Assembly (NCBI RefSeq): GCF_000150275.1
Contig: NW_002060947.1
Location: 6,587,648-6,651,647, forward strand
Reading direction: 5' to 3'
Length of the DNA stretch: 64,000 bases
Source of the DNA: Trichoplax adhaerens
Taxonomy: Eukaryota; Animalia; Placozoa
The stretch's first letter is position 1, and each line of letters opens with the position of its first letter. Position numbers and translations under genes: made by a program. The notes below the pieces were generated by a model. The model saw only the letters and a program-made list of their open reading frames with translations, was not told where the DNA came from and searched no databases. Positions 14,601 through 27,328 of the stretch are shown piece after piece.

Positions 14601-15625
14601 CTAAGTTACAATCATTCATCAAGAATGTCTTTCTTAAATGGCCGGGAAACTATCTTGGCGATAGATATCATGCTACATCTATTGCAGCAAGTATTTACAG
14701 AAGTATACACCACTAAAATATATTGAAATACATTGTAAATAGCCATAAGATTATTTTACATATTTCATACTTTATTACTTTCGGAATTTAAAATCTCAGC
14801 AATAATATATCAATTTAAGTCTACATTATTATACAGTATCATAGTAGAAATGATGACAATAAATACCATCATTTATACAAGTAAACTGGATATTATTGAC
14901 AGAGACCATAATATATAAATTGCAGAAAGTTTTTGAAGAAGTATATAGCAGAATAATACGAGAGAACTGTATCGCAAACATCAGTAAAATTATTCATAGA
15001 GCTATTACTCTATTGCATATTTTTTATCTGGATATAAGTTCCAGCGAGGTGAATTTGAATTACAACCTACGAATAAGTTAGAATGGTAATTAACAACAGT
15101 TTACAGGTCTGGGGCAGCATCTCCAACTATCATGAATGAATTTATGTAGTTGCTATTTATTCTGATATCCACGTTAGTATCTTATGTTTGAAATTTTAAA
15201 CTATCGGTAAATTGCCGATATGCTTAACGTTTATATCATAAAAATGTTACAGTTTACTAAATGATACTAGTAATAGATGATAGGAAAGAAACCGTTACTA
15301 TGATATAGCTTTGATCTAGAACTGGCATATCTTTCGCTAAGCCAATCACTTTATTGGTAATATAGGTGGTAGTAAATGGGAAAGTGGAATAGGATAATTA
15401 AAGCTTGAGAAATGCCGAATTAGGTATATACTCCGCAATTTTTTATTTACTGACATTAGTATCCTTATAGTTTGTGCTTTCATTTAGCCACTACTCTGGT
15501 TATGCCTAGATGGAATTGAATTTGCAATCAACTTCGTAATCATTCTTGAATTCTTTCAAATCTCTGCAATATTCCATTGTTTGACATAAGTTAGATTAAA
15601 ATTAAATAAACTTACAATCTTCAAT

Positions 15626-18411
15626 TTACTTTAGCATGTCATAGCCGTCATTCTATTATTAACATAGTCAAATTTTAAAAATAAAAGTACTGGATAGTGA
15701 AAAGCATCATAGTTAATTTTTTAATCCTTAAAAGGTTCGCCAACGTATATTTTAGTTTGCAAAGTAGTGGTTTATACAGAAAGGCTTAAATAAGATCAAA
15801 CTGTTTGCTTCTGGGATATAATTTAACTTAATTAGAAGAAAAATAATAAAAAATTTACTATAATTTAATTTAGGTTACCGAGTTTAAGGCTAATTCTTTT
15901 TGAAATAAATTTTCTTCAATCTATTAAATTGCATTTTTATCTATAATCAACAATTAATGATCAAGAAATGGAAAACATAGTTAGTCAATATAATTTATAG
16001 AGCCATCTATAAATTTAGAGAATTATTGCTCTAAAATATTCTTAATTGGTATATACGTGTATACCCAGTCTAAACTTGGTCTCTCTAGATCGTCATCATG
16101 TAAACAATAATTGGCCAAAGAAAGTAAATCTCTTCGAAAAGTTCTTTTAGTTACTGTAAATTTTCTTTTTGCCCATTTAATTTTACTATCTTTCAATCTC
16201 CAATTATTCCATTGCTGATGATCCGATAATAAATCACGCTAGAGCAGAGCATAAAATTACAAGTGATCACTTTGACATCAACTATATTTTAATGCATATA
16301 TCACAAATAGCACAAGGACATTTATTATAAGCCGATTACACATAGACTGTTTTAAACCACAATAAATTATATGAATTGTAAGTATACTTCTTCACGATTC
16401 ATGCAAAATTTTAAAATAGAAATCAATTAAGCAAGCGAATATTTAAATTTGCATCTGCAAGGATACAAACGACGACTTACTGTATATTGTGGATCATCAT
16501 CAGGCAAATATGGTTCATCGCCACTAATCATGACAATTAAAATCTTACGTGGAAGATTATAAAATAGGCCATTAGAGTTTAAGGAAGAGTTATGAATAAG
16601 TAATATCAATTTTGTAACTTTCTTAGCGCGAAAATATGAAAACGCTTTAAAGGAAAATTTCGATTAAACACTTTAGTACTATTAAATCTTTAACCTGACT
16701 ATTCACATATGATTTTATAAGTATCTAGAAATAACTTACTGCACCAAAGCTATAAACATCATTTGATGAAATCACTTTGCCATCGAAAGCTTGAGTGGAA
16801 ATGTATCCAAGTTTCCCTTGCTTTGCTAGTGTATCTTCATCACAATCTTTCATACCCTTATTAACATAGGGTAATAAACTATAGTAGCCACCATGGCTTA
16901 GCTTTGTGGTAATGTAAGAGGAACCATTAAGAAGAACATTCCGACTAGTATTGATTAATAAGAAGTACTAATCAAATTAAGATTAACGAGCAGATAAGAG
17001 TTCAAAGTTTACAAGATTCCTTGGATGAATATATAACTTATCGAGAACAATGCCATAGTTAAATCTTTCAAATAATTACTAGCCATAAACTAATGTTATG
17101 TTTCTCATTTGTCTTTACCTTGTTAAATTGTTATGAACAATTTTATTACTATGCAGATAGTGAAGGCCATCTAAAATTTCATTTAAAATGGAGAATCTTT
17201 GAAGGCATGTTAGAATTTGATCATCTCTCTATTTAAGTAGAAAATATCAATTTTAACCTTATTATCCCAAAAATACTCCAGCAAAACATAAAGAAAGCGG
17301 GAAATATCGTTCTTGTATTTGTATTAAAGGAAAGTTTAATATATTTCCATTACTAGTTTAGTCGTACCGATTTTATGCGTTTATATAAACTACTTGAGCA
17401 ATATTCTTCTAGTACGCCATGGAATTCAAAATCACGGTAATATGCAAATATTTCAACCAGATGATCAAAGTGGAAGCTATGAGAATACAAGAAATTGGAA
17501 TAGTAAGCAAAGACTAATAGATGACATGTGGAATATGCAAGAAATCACACGATCATATCAATTTTAGCTATATAAGTCACCTTTTCAGCTTATCGACACT
17601 TTGTTTTATTTCATCTTTATTAGATTCATGATCAAATGGTATAACCTTGAAAATAATTTAAATGATCTCATTAAACGTGAATATGAAGCAGGAATATAAA
17701 AGTTAAAAGTGAATGACGGTAGTAATAATTACGATAATAATAGAAGTATAATAAAAGATTGGTGGCTTACATTTAAATCCCAGGACTTAAATATATAGTG
17801 ATCTTCATCGTAAGGCAAATCATGGATTGTTCCAAAATAGCCAGCGCCTAGAGATTTCTTTAATGTGTCTGATACAACCTAATGCAATAATTTCATAGTT
17901 AGAAATAGGATTTATTTTGATTTATAGTATATGGGCTCAGAAAGGAGCAGACGTAAATCATTAATTATGAAATGCCTTGCTGCTACAGTTGATAACAAAA
18001 TAGCAATATTAAAAGATACATTCTTTATGCCATTATGATCGATGGCAGTGTTTCAACAGAATAATAGCCAGTGAAACAAGTCAGAATAACTTACATCTTT
18101 AGGTGGTAATTCTTCATCTTTAACATCATATCTTGTTAAACCACGACGGCGACCGAAAAAGTCTTCACCACCGCTTAATAACCTAATGGTTTCATCTTTA
18201 TCTTCATTCTGATTAAATCATATAAAAATACTTTACTATTGTGACATTAAGTTAAGCCAATTTTCATCATTAAATTGATTGAATTGATGTTCATAAAATA
18301 AATAGTCAGTTTCAGTCTTACACAAGTCCAACAGCAGTAAGTGCATCCTGATTCTGATTTAGGTTCATCAAGGCCGTCAAAGACGCTTTTATTGATTGGA
18401 TTCAGAGACAT
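15626..18411 (-). CDS. IRAK/Pelle-like pseudokinase B, paralog of A, about 11 exons
   Basis: Spliced translation: MSLNPINKSVFDGLDEPKSESGCTYCCWTC|NEDKDETIRLL..|..LGAGYFGTIH..YIFKSW..|..|FHFDHLVEIFAYY..|..GLHYLHSNKIVHNNLTS|RNVLL..TKLSHGGYY..KLGYISTQAF..NDVYSFGA|ILIVMISGDEPY..|..LANYCLHDDDLERPSL..|..|NDGYDMLK*. Intron positions match gene A across the kinase domain. Confidence 0.87.
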
Positions 18412-20439
18412 TGCGGTATCTTATACGAATATAACTAGGATAATAATACTGAAGTTAACCTAGGCCGTAAAGCATAAAGAAATGATAAACTGTGTAAATG
18501 ATTATGGATTACACCGTAGGATAAAAGTGCTATAAATCATCACAGAAGATACGGGGAAATGAAGTGTAAAAAATAATTGAAATATCAGTTTAAATTCCAA
18601 AGCAAAAATAGAACATCATATAGAGTGGTAGATAATGAAAAGAAGAATATCATTGATTGGAAAAAGATATCTTGTAAATGAATCTATTTCGAAATAAAAT
18701 GTACTTTACACGTGAAATAATTAATATTTCGTGCTACTAAAAGTGCCAGCTGGCATTAAAATTTCTCATCCAATTTATGATGATGGCTATAACATCCCGT
18801 AATATCGTTGGAAATATTGTGAATTTCTAACAAATGCATACGGTAGTTCAATTCATTCTGTAATAAGAGATGCGGAAGATAATATTTTTCATGGTTATTT
18901 ACTCATAATGTACAGCTGCTAAGGTTTCATTAAAATTTTACAAATCTGATTGAGTAAATAAACGAGAGTTAAAAATATGTTTAAACGTGCGTTGATGCTA
19001 CTATTTCTATAATTAGATTTGGTATAGTAAATTGATATAATATTTAGAAACGTGGATGATCATTTACAGACATCTTATATAAGTAATAGTTTAATTACTA
19101 TCATCAACGGGTAATGCGATTTGATGAAGATAGTATATGCCTTGTAATTACTGATTTATTGCTGTCAAAGCCTTCCCTATTCATCTAGTTAACTAGAAGC
19201 TGCTAGAAATAATGATTGATTATATAATTATTATTGAATTCAAGGCAACGCATAAAATATGAATACATAGCAGGCGATTAATAGGGAATACATTTTAGAC
19301 GTCCAGGATAAAGTCAAAGTTGCTTTACAACATTATTCTATCCTGTAGCAATCCCTTACGTTAATAAAAACAATAAATTGGGTATTTATTCCGAGATTTA
19401 TGAAGGTCTATCGGTAATTGATAACTAGTTAATAAATGATAAAATCTTTAAATAAATTACAAGTTCACTATTTTAATAGTAAATTAATTCTTTTAGTGAT
19501 AATCTACTGGAAAACTACCTAGGCTGTGGTAGGCCATGTTCTATATGCTCGTTGATTAAATGGGTTGAAAAATACAACTCTAAAAATGTTTTTAATAGCT
19601 TTCAATCTACCAGTGAATCAAATCCTTTCAATCTTCAAAACTGTCATTAATTAATTGAGATTCTACTTTACATTGATTATTTATAAGAGTAACTAATTGC
19701 TTGGGAATTGATAACGATTGCTATTATCGTATATGGATCAAACGTTTGATACGCCAAGTTAAAAGGCTTACATTCAAACCATTAATTAATTATAGTTATG
19801 ATAAGATGAAAGTGATTTACTTTTCTCTTGGTTACATTTTAATGCGACAGCAACTAGTTATTTCATCTGATTATTATCGTTAGGAAACTTACGCGTTGTT
19901 TCTGGAATTTCAGCTTAACTACTGCCAAAGCTTAACCAATATCTAATTCATGAAAGAGGAAACTTTTTGAAGGAAAATGAAAAACACGCAGAAATTATAG
20001 ATGACGTGATGGTTAGACGTATAGCTTAACGAAAAATTATTCTAATTAGAACAGTATTAGACACTGCAACGACAATAAGATAATTTACAGGATTTTAGAT
20101 TCTACTATTGCATACCAATGCTTTGATTGGTATCACGTGGCGGAATTATTGGATTAAATTGAACTAAGTAGTACAAATAGTTAATTAACTTATTTCTGAC
20201 GTTAATGAGATACTGTTACTTCTATTAGTAATTTACGACTTCCATTTGGGCTTGATAAGTAAACAGATATCCTGATTGGTGGCACTAATTATTTGAGTTG
20301 ATTGTATAATTGAGCTAAATCAACAACGATAGTAGTGCTAATTCTTTAGCGTTATGATGTTAGGAATGTATCAAACTAGATGATCGATTTTCAATATTTT
20401 CAATATTATGATTTCCAATTTCAATCGATTGAAATTTAA

Positions 20440-21260
20440 TATAGTACGGTAGTATTAACTCGTTAGTGTTATTCTAACTACAATATAGTAACATATATGG
20501 CAGATTTCAGATATGTGCGACGTGATGGTTTTCTTTCCAATCGATTAAAAGTCAGTATAGTAGTATTAGCTTTCGCTCTTGCGCGCTTCATTATAACTAA
20601 AATAGTGCAACATGAAGGACATTTACTTAGAAATGCATAAAATGTGATGCTTTTGCTATTGATCGGTTCAAATTAAGGATGCTAGCATTTGGTCTCTCGT
20701 GTTTTTACAACTAGAGTAGAGCAGCTTGAAGGATAGTTTTTTAAAATAGTGTAACATGAAGGACATTTACTTAGAAATGCATAAAATGTGATGCTTTTGC
20801 TATTGATCGGTTCAAATTAAGGATGCTAGCATTTGGTCTCTCGTGTTTTTACAACTAGAGTAGAGCAGCTTGAAGGATAGTTTTTAGAAAAGTGTAGTAT
20901 GTAGACTTTCCTTTTAATCGGCTGGAATTTAGTATGGGCAGTATAAACTCTCTGGTGTTCTTATTCTAGAATATAGCAATGTACTGTACAGGTTTTAAAT
21001 ATGTGTAATGTGATAGCTTCCCGTTGAATCGGTTGGAAGTTAGTATGCTAGTATTAATTTTAATGTCATTCTAAATAAATTATAGCAACATACATAAGAA
21101 CAGTTTGGGAGATTTGTAATACGATGACTTTGTTTTCAATTGGTAGTTAAATAGTCTAGTAAAGCCAACGTTTTAGTATTCTTATTCAACTAGGATGTAT
21201 GTAAGTAGGCGTATAAGATTGATTTTAGAGATGTGCTATGTGATCTTATTCTTTTCAATT
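20440..21260. repeat. Old degenerate array (about 115 bp unit) containing a recent near-perfect duplication of about 144 bp (about 20598-20741 and 20742-20885)
   Basis: taaaatagtg.aacatgaaggacatttacttagaaatgc...cagcttgaaggatagttttt occurs twice nearly identically. Flanking units are diverged versions. Confidence 0.8.
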
Positions 21261-22650
21261 TATTGTAATCGCTCTCGTATCAACCAAATAGGATAGACAT
21301 CGGCCATCTATCCCTTGTTTCATGAGATGGTTGAAGATTTTAAATAGATGAACTATTCAGACATTAGTCCATGAAAAAAATCAACCTTCTTCCAATTCCT
21401 ACAAAAAGGATTCATGAAAATTGACCATTTTTGTTCAAGAAGCAGGTCATTGCCTGTTGTACCCGTATATGCATCTTACTGTCTAGGTCTCTGTTTTATG
21501 CGTGTATGGTTATGCAATGATGGAAATGATAACTACGTCGTATCTGCTTGTATTATTTCTGCAATGCTGTACAGACATTGGGCAAGCAATACAATTACAA
21601 CACACGTACAGCATTCAGCTAGTTGCCTTGTTCATCCCTACGTCTAACTAAGGGTATATCTGTCCTACAACGGTATGAAAGCCTGAAATCTCTTCCATTG
21701 CCGCAATCTTAAGGTTGGATAACATGATATTCTACCTTGGTGATGCATCCCTCATCCGATCCTTGCGCTTACGTTAATATGGGACTGTCTCAAATTCGCC
21801 CTAAAACAGTGCTATGATTTTCTGTCCAAGGGCTGCAGCATTGTACCATGTACCCGTATTTTCTTCAATCTCAGGCTGTATAGTATACAGTATTGTTACT
21901 TACTATTGTAGATTATGACGAACAATTTAGCAAAGAAGTAAAATTAAAACATTTGTGTAGCGAATAATCACCTGAAAGTCCATATTGAAGCTAACTGAGT
22001 TGATGATGGAATGCATAGGAAATTCTCTATAGAGAAACGAGCTAACATCGCACTGCAAATAATATACGCATGCATAATCACTAACAATAGTAGTCTGATT
22101 CGATTTTTATTCGAAGTTTTCGATATCCTACACTATAACGTATCTTTATTTATTTCATTTTTATTATTGTAAATGAGTAGTATCCTCTTCAGGAGAAATT
22201 TGAGTATATAATGCTGTAGACCTAACTGTACAGTATATTATAGTAATCTGGGATGTCGAACTGAACTGATTGTGAACACTAAACAGGTGCTTCGATTACT
22301 AACATTGATCGCTGATGATAATGCGTACAGAAACGTAACAATAACGTAATTCAACTAGAACAGTATAGCAGTCTATCTCTCTCTCTCTACTTGTACCTGA
22401 CTGACTTAGGGTAATAAAGTTCTCTTCTCTAAAATAACTCTCTCTCTGGTCTACAGTCTATAAGCAGAAAGACATCTTTGATTACAGGGGCAGCTGACTA
22501 ACGTAGTTGGCTGGTCAATTGATTGTCATCGATCGTTATAGTAGCTTATAGTACTTGTGTACAGGTACAGACGTACAGACTGACAGGGGAGTGGAAATGA
22601 CCAGCAAAAAGGGTTTGTCGTTATGGCTGATCGAGGAGGACGATTTCGCT

Positions 22651-22673
22651 TCCCTCTCTCTCTCTCTCTCTCT
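22651..22673. repeat. (CT)n microsatellite
   Basis: ctctctctctctctctctct run. It explains the REREREREA/SLSLSLSL stretches in the spurious ORFs here. Confidence 0.9.
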
Positions 22674-22842
22674 TTGCTTGCTCAACAAAAAGCAAACACT
22701 GCAGTCTACGAGTGCAGTTATGATGGTACGTTCAATAAAAAAATACAGGCGTTGAAGACAGTAGGAGTGACCAGCAACTATTGCACAGTGGACATGCATA
22801 CCTCCAAACTTCATGAACACCGATTCTGAAATGATTTGACTT

Positions 22843-23182
22843 TAGGTAAATTTGTAGTCCGTGTGCTTCTACGATCCTGGAAATAACATCAATTGAACTA
22901 ATGATTGCTCGTACGTGCGTACAATATCCTCAAATAACGATGATTAGTAAGATAGGTAAATTTGTAGTCCGTGACCGTGTGCTTCTACGATCCAGAAAAT
23001 AACATCAATTGAACTAATAATTGCTCGTACGTGCGTACAATATCCTCAAATAACGATGATTAGTAAGATAGGTAAATTTGTAGTCCGTGTGCTTCTACGA
23101 TCCAGGAAATAACATCAATTGAACTAATGATTGCTCGTACGTGCGTACAATATCCTCGAATAACGATCATTAGTAAGATAGG
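22843..23182. repeat. Tandem triplication, about 110-117 bp unit
   Basis: taggtaaatttgtagtccgtg..cttctacgatcc.g.aaataacatcaattgaac...gattagtaagata occurs three times at high identity. Confidence 0.95.
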
Positions 23183-23329
23183 AGCACAGCATGGATACAA
23201 GAAGCGATTGTACTGAATATAGTTCTGATATTCCACCGTGTATTCTAGGTTAGCTGTGCATTTCCTGTCTGCTTTTACTTCCATGCCAGGGAATTGGAAG
23301 TCGCTCAATGCGGTACAAATCCATGAAAG

Positions 23330-26300
23330 ATGATGCAACTTCTGCGTAAAGCTTGTGCGCAATCCAGCTTCAATATCACGTCAAATGGTGAGCACAGTAC
23401 AGTAGAGTATCCCCAACCTGCAGGATGTTCTACTGTACACAGTACTGTACCTAGCCGCCAATCATACAGCATAACGTGCTCTTGGCCTTGCAGTGATGTC
23501 ATGGTGTAGCCCTCGAGGTTCTGCTTGCAAAATGTCTATCGTGTTGTTGTTTTCAATTTTGGTCTAGACGGCAAATGGATGACGACAGATTGTGGAGTTG
23601 TTCTTCAGCATAATGTGAGTATTTTATACCAAGGTAACATCACGGCCAACCCGATAGAATCGATCATCCAATCTTGCAGTATCGTAATAGTAGTGCCATA
23701 AATAGCAGTCAAAGTGCTTGTGTTGACTTGTCTTGATGCTGAGTATCAAGTTAGGATAGCGCCGTCAATGCCAATCGTTGCAAACATCTGCTTCGTCATT
23801 TCTACGATAGTCATTGATTGATTGCAAGTGATTTGGAATTCTAAATTTTAACTTGTACTTACCATCTTAAATATCATTAACCTTCAGTCGTTGTGCAATG
23901 TCGTCATTAAGGTAGAAAATAATTCAATAACAATATCTTACGAGTACTTGTAAAGCAGAGGACAAGGTGAACGTGCGTACGAGTATGTACATCCTCCCTG
24001 TCTTCATCGACTAGCACTAATATAGGATACAGCAGTAATGTGCTAGTAGCCAGAATGATAATGTTGTTTTACAATATGTATTCATTAGAATAAGATCTGG
24101 TTCTCATGGATGCGTATCTATTTAAATCAACAACTACGTATTTTTTAAAATCTGCTCATGTTGGTATCATTTTTAGCATACAATTTCAATTGGCAGACAT
24201 TATTCATTACCTGTACCCTAAACTCAATTGCAATACACCACATTGTGGAGACTATACGTACAATCATTCTACAATCCAATTGCAACCAAGAATAAGAGCG
24301 ATCCTGTTGTCAGATGCTGTAACAATATCCTCCACTCGGAAGTTTTTGCAAGACAACGTCAAATACGAGAATTGCTTACGCTACCAAAATTATTTGAAGA
24401 ATTTTATAACTGACGCCATCTTGGACTTGCTGAGAAAATGTCTTTTCTAACCAGTCTCAATAAAAGTAAGATTCTTGATAAAGATCTTGATTGCTACTGT
24501 AATGTACCCAAAATATTCATTGACGCGCTATTGCATGAATAACAGTCGAAACCATTCTGTACTACAGTTGCCTTGGTAGCTAACTTTTATCGTCTACATG
24601 ATGTATAATTAAGCTTCACTTCTCATAGTTATTTCCGCCAACAAGCGCTGCATCAGTCAGGTCTATACCCAACGATCATCGTACTTCCAATCAGATTCAT
24701 CGCAACGGGATTCATCTGAACGTTTATATCCAGCTTTCAAGTATTTTACCGAGAATGAACAATGTCAGAAATCGTTTGATCTGTTAAAGTCAGTCAAAGG
24801 TCGTGTAGAAGACAGCATTAAAAATTTTCTGGGCACCAACTTTACGTATTCTCCTCAACCCTTACCGAATGATCGTTTATCTTCCGACGAGAATTTTCGC
24901 CAGTCAGAACAAAGTAAAATCGGTGATGAAATTGCTGGAGCTTTCACTTGGACGGTGAGTCAACTGCAAAGTACTTGATATCCGTAGATGTGTTGTACTG
25001 TAGAAGATAGCTCTGCATTGTCGCATAGTATATTTTGTTCGAAAACTTACTGTACAAGGATATGATGGCTTCATAGTATGTATAGGGCAATCTTAATGTC
25101 TTAATTTACCAGTTAAAATAAAGATAAAAACAAGAAAAATATGAGAATTTAATTGAATAAACTTCTATTCTTATTCATAGGGGGCTGCCGTCGTTACTAA
25201 TGCATTGATGCAGCATACATCCAAAAACGATGAGCGAACATCGCTATCACTTTCTGCTATAGCTTTTTGTAGAGTTCTACATGCTCTTGGCAGTCTTTCA
25301 CCTGGTAGGGCAGCGACACTTTCTGTCCTACCGGCAAATATTCCAACAAGTTTATCCAGTGACGATCAAGAATCTTCGAAATCAACAAGTAATCTTGGCG
25401 ATAAAAAGCTGGTGAGTTCAAGAGGACCAGCTAGTACTGTTTCTTTTTGCACGCCCCAGCATTGGTCAACTTTTTGACTTACGAGTGTTTAATAATGCCA
25501 TACTTCTCATCTGTCTAGACGGATTCTTTAGAGGCAGCTATGCGAAAATTTTCCTCATCCATGAAGAACTCTTCTGCTGCAAGTCAAAATGCTCTAGCAA
25601 TACTGTTGCAACGAAGTGGTCAACATAAAAAGGTTACTATTCAGTAACAACTCTTTAACTTTGTAGCAGGGAACGAATGACTAGATCTTATCTCAATACA
25701 TTCCTGTTGCATTTTCAAGGCTGTAGAATTTTTTAGGGAATCTAGTAGCCAAGGTTACAGTAAAGCCCAGTATAACATGGGCTTGTGCTACCATCATGGC
25801 TACGGGGTTGGAAGAAATATTGAAATGGTTAGTTAATCATCATTTAACTAAAATTTCTGGGTCTAGAAAGAACGTAGAAGTAATCATTTGGCTATCTTAT
25901 CATAATGGTAATTTTCATGCATTCTTATTAGGCTGTTGATTTTTACGAAAGAGCAGCATTGCAAGGTCATCCATTAGCCCAGTATAATTATGGAATTCAT
26001 CTAATGGAAAGTAAGAAGCAGAACTAATTATAAAATTTACAAAATCCAAGTTTTTTTGTCCAGTTTCACTTTAAGGACTAGTATATCTTGTACAGTAATT
26101 GTAAATTGTTTGACTAACTGCTACTTGAATTGCATATGTGTTTTTCATCAGATGGTAACAGCCAGCAAAGTATGACACAGGGCATAAAACTCTTGAAAGA
26201 TTCTGCTGGCCAAGGAATTGCTTCTGTAAGCGATTTAGCTATAAATACTTCGCACTATTTGCTGCCTGTCCTTCTTTAGTAAAGTGCCTTTTTAAATTAT

Positions 26301-27328
26301 GTTGGCATAGGCTCAATACTATCTTGGGCAGTATTATTTGAAACGAAGAAATTACAAAGGAAACGATGAACTTGCTGTTAAATATTTTAAAATGGCTGCA
26401 GATCAATTGGTAACTATTAGTATGCTGAGAAATTCCTCTCAATTGACTCTGACCTATATATTTGTCGCTAATCTTATGTTTAAGGACGTTAAAGCGCAAT
26501 ATTACCTTGCTATCTGTTATGAAAAAGGTGTTGGTGTAGAAGTTGACTTAACCGAAGTTAGTGAGACTCGTTAAATTATTCAAAATTTTGGGTATCCTAT
26601 TTTATTCAATTATGCATTATCTACGATTGTACAGGCAAGAAAGTTGTATGAGACATGCGTTGATAGCGGATATGTGCGAGCTATAACCAATCTTGGTAAA
26701 TACTATGAAAATGGTCTTGGAGGTACTGTAAATAGAATACGCAAAAATCTGCTTGGCTTGTACAGTACTATGATAATTGATTTATTGTATCTTTGTTCTA
26801 CACCACCTCCAGGTCTGAAAGTAGATAAAGCAAAAGCTATATCATTATATAGGAAAGCAACTTGCGCTGGTAGTCATAAAGCGAAAAGTAGACTAGAAGA
26901 CCTGCGGAAGGAAGAGTGCCGGCAGAAAGTGTCGGAAAATGGTTATTTAAGTAAGGAAGCAACTCTTAGTGAAGGTAATTTATAATAATATTAATGATCA
27001 TCCAGGGAAACGATATTGTGCGTCGTGTGATGCCGTTAATTAATTACTAATTGTACCTACCAATGTATTTTAACTTTTAGAAATCGATAAACGTTTAACT
27101 GGGACGTTTTTCCCAGCCATGATAAATGATAAAGATCTGCCTTCGCGCCCAGTCGTCCGGTTCGCTCCTACGCGACGACAAGGTAGTCTGATGACTGAAA
27201 CTTCGTCATCTGAATCTGATCCCGAAGACGTAGCGTCGTCGTATAACAGCAACGTAGGACCCTTAGCACTTTCTGCGCTGTTTACTAGCAGTAAAGCTCA
27301 GGGCACATTAGCGTTTGAGCACCCTTAA
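23330..27328 (+). CDS. DELE1: DELE1-like (DAP3-binding cell death enhancer 1) SEL1/TPR-repeat protein
   Basis: Exons 24629-24954 and 25181 onward give EIAGAFTWTGAAVVTNALMQ, resembling the DELE1 DAISWGTLAVLALQL segment. Several SEL1 repeats follow (QGYSKAQYNMGLCYHHGYG, QGHPLAQYNYG, AQYYLAICYEKGVG, AITNLGKYYENGLG, AGSHKAKSRL), with the stop at 27328. Exon 1 (23330-23387, MMQLLRKACAQSSFNITSN, phase 1, presequence-like) is tentative. Confidence 0.75.

Noticed and set aside
14450-15081. ORF fragments with faint TPR-like wording (LGDRYHATSIAASIY)
   Set aside because: One weak match, no periodicity, and many stops.
22536-22829. Three overlapping ORFs
   Set aside because: They are driven by a (CT)n microsatellite and show no homology signal.
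22843-23182. Regular repeats as a possible CRISPR array (also 38666-39266 and 11420-11655)
   Set aside because: Whole units repeat with no unique spacers, there are no cas genes, and the context is eukaryotic.
23745-23755. In-frame TGA as selenocysteine or readthrough in the WD40-like fragment
   Set aside because: No Cys-homologous context, no SECIS seen, and the gene itself is unproven.
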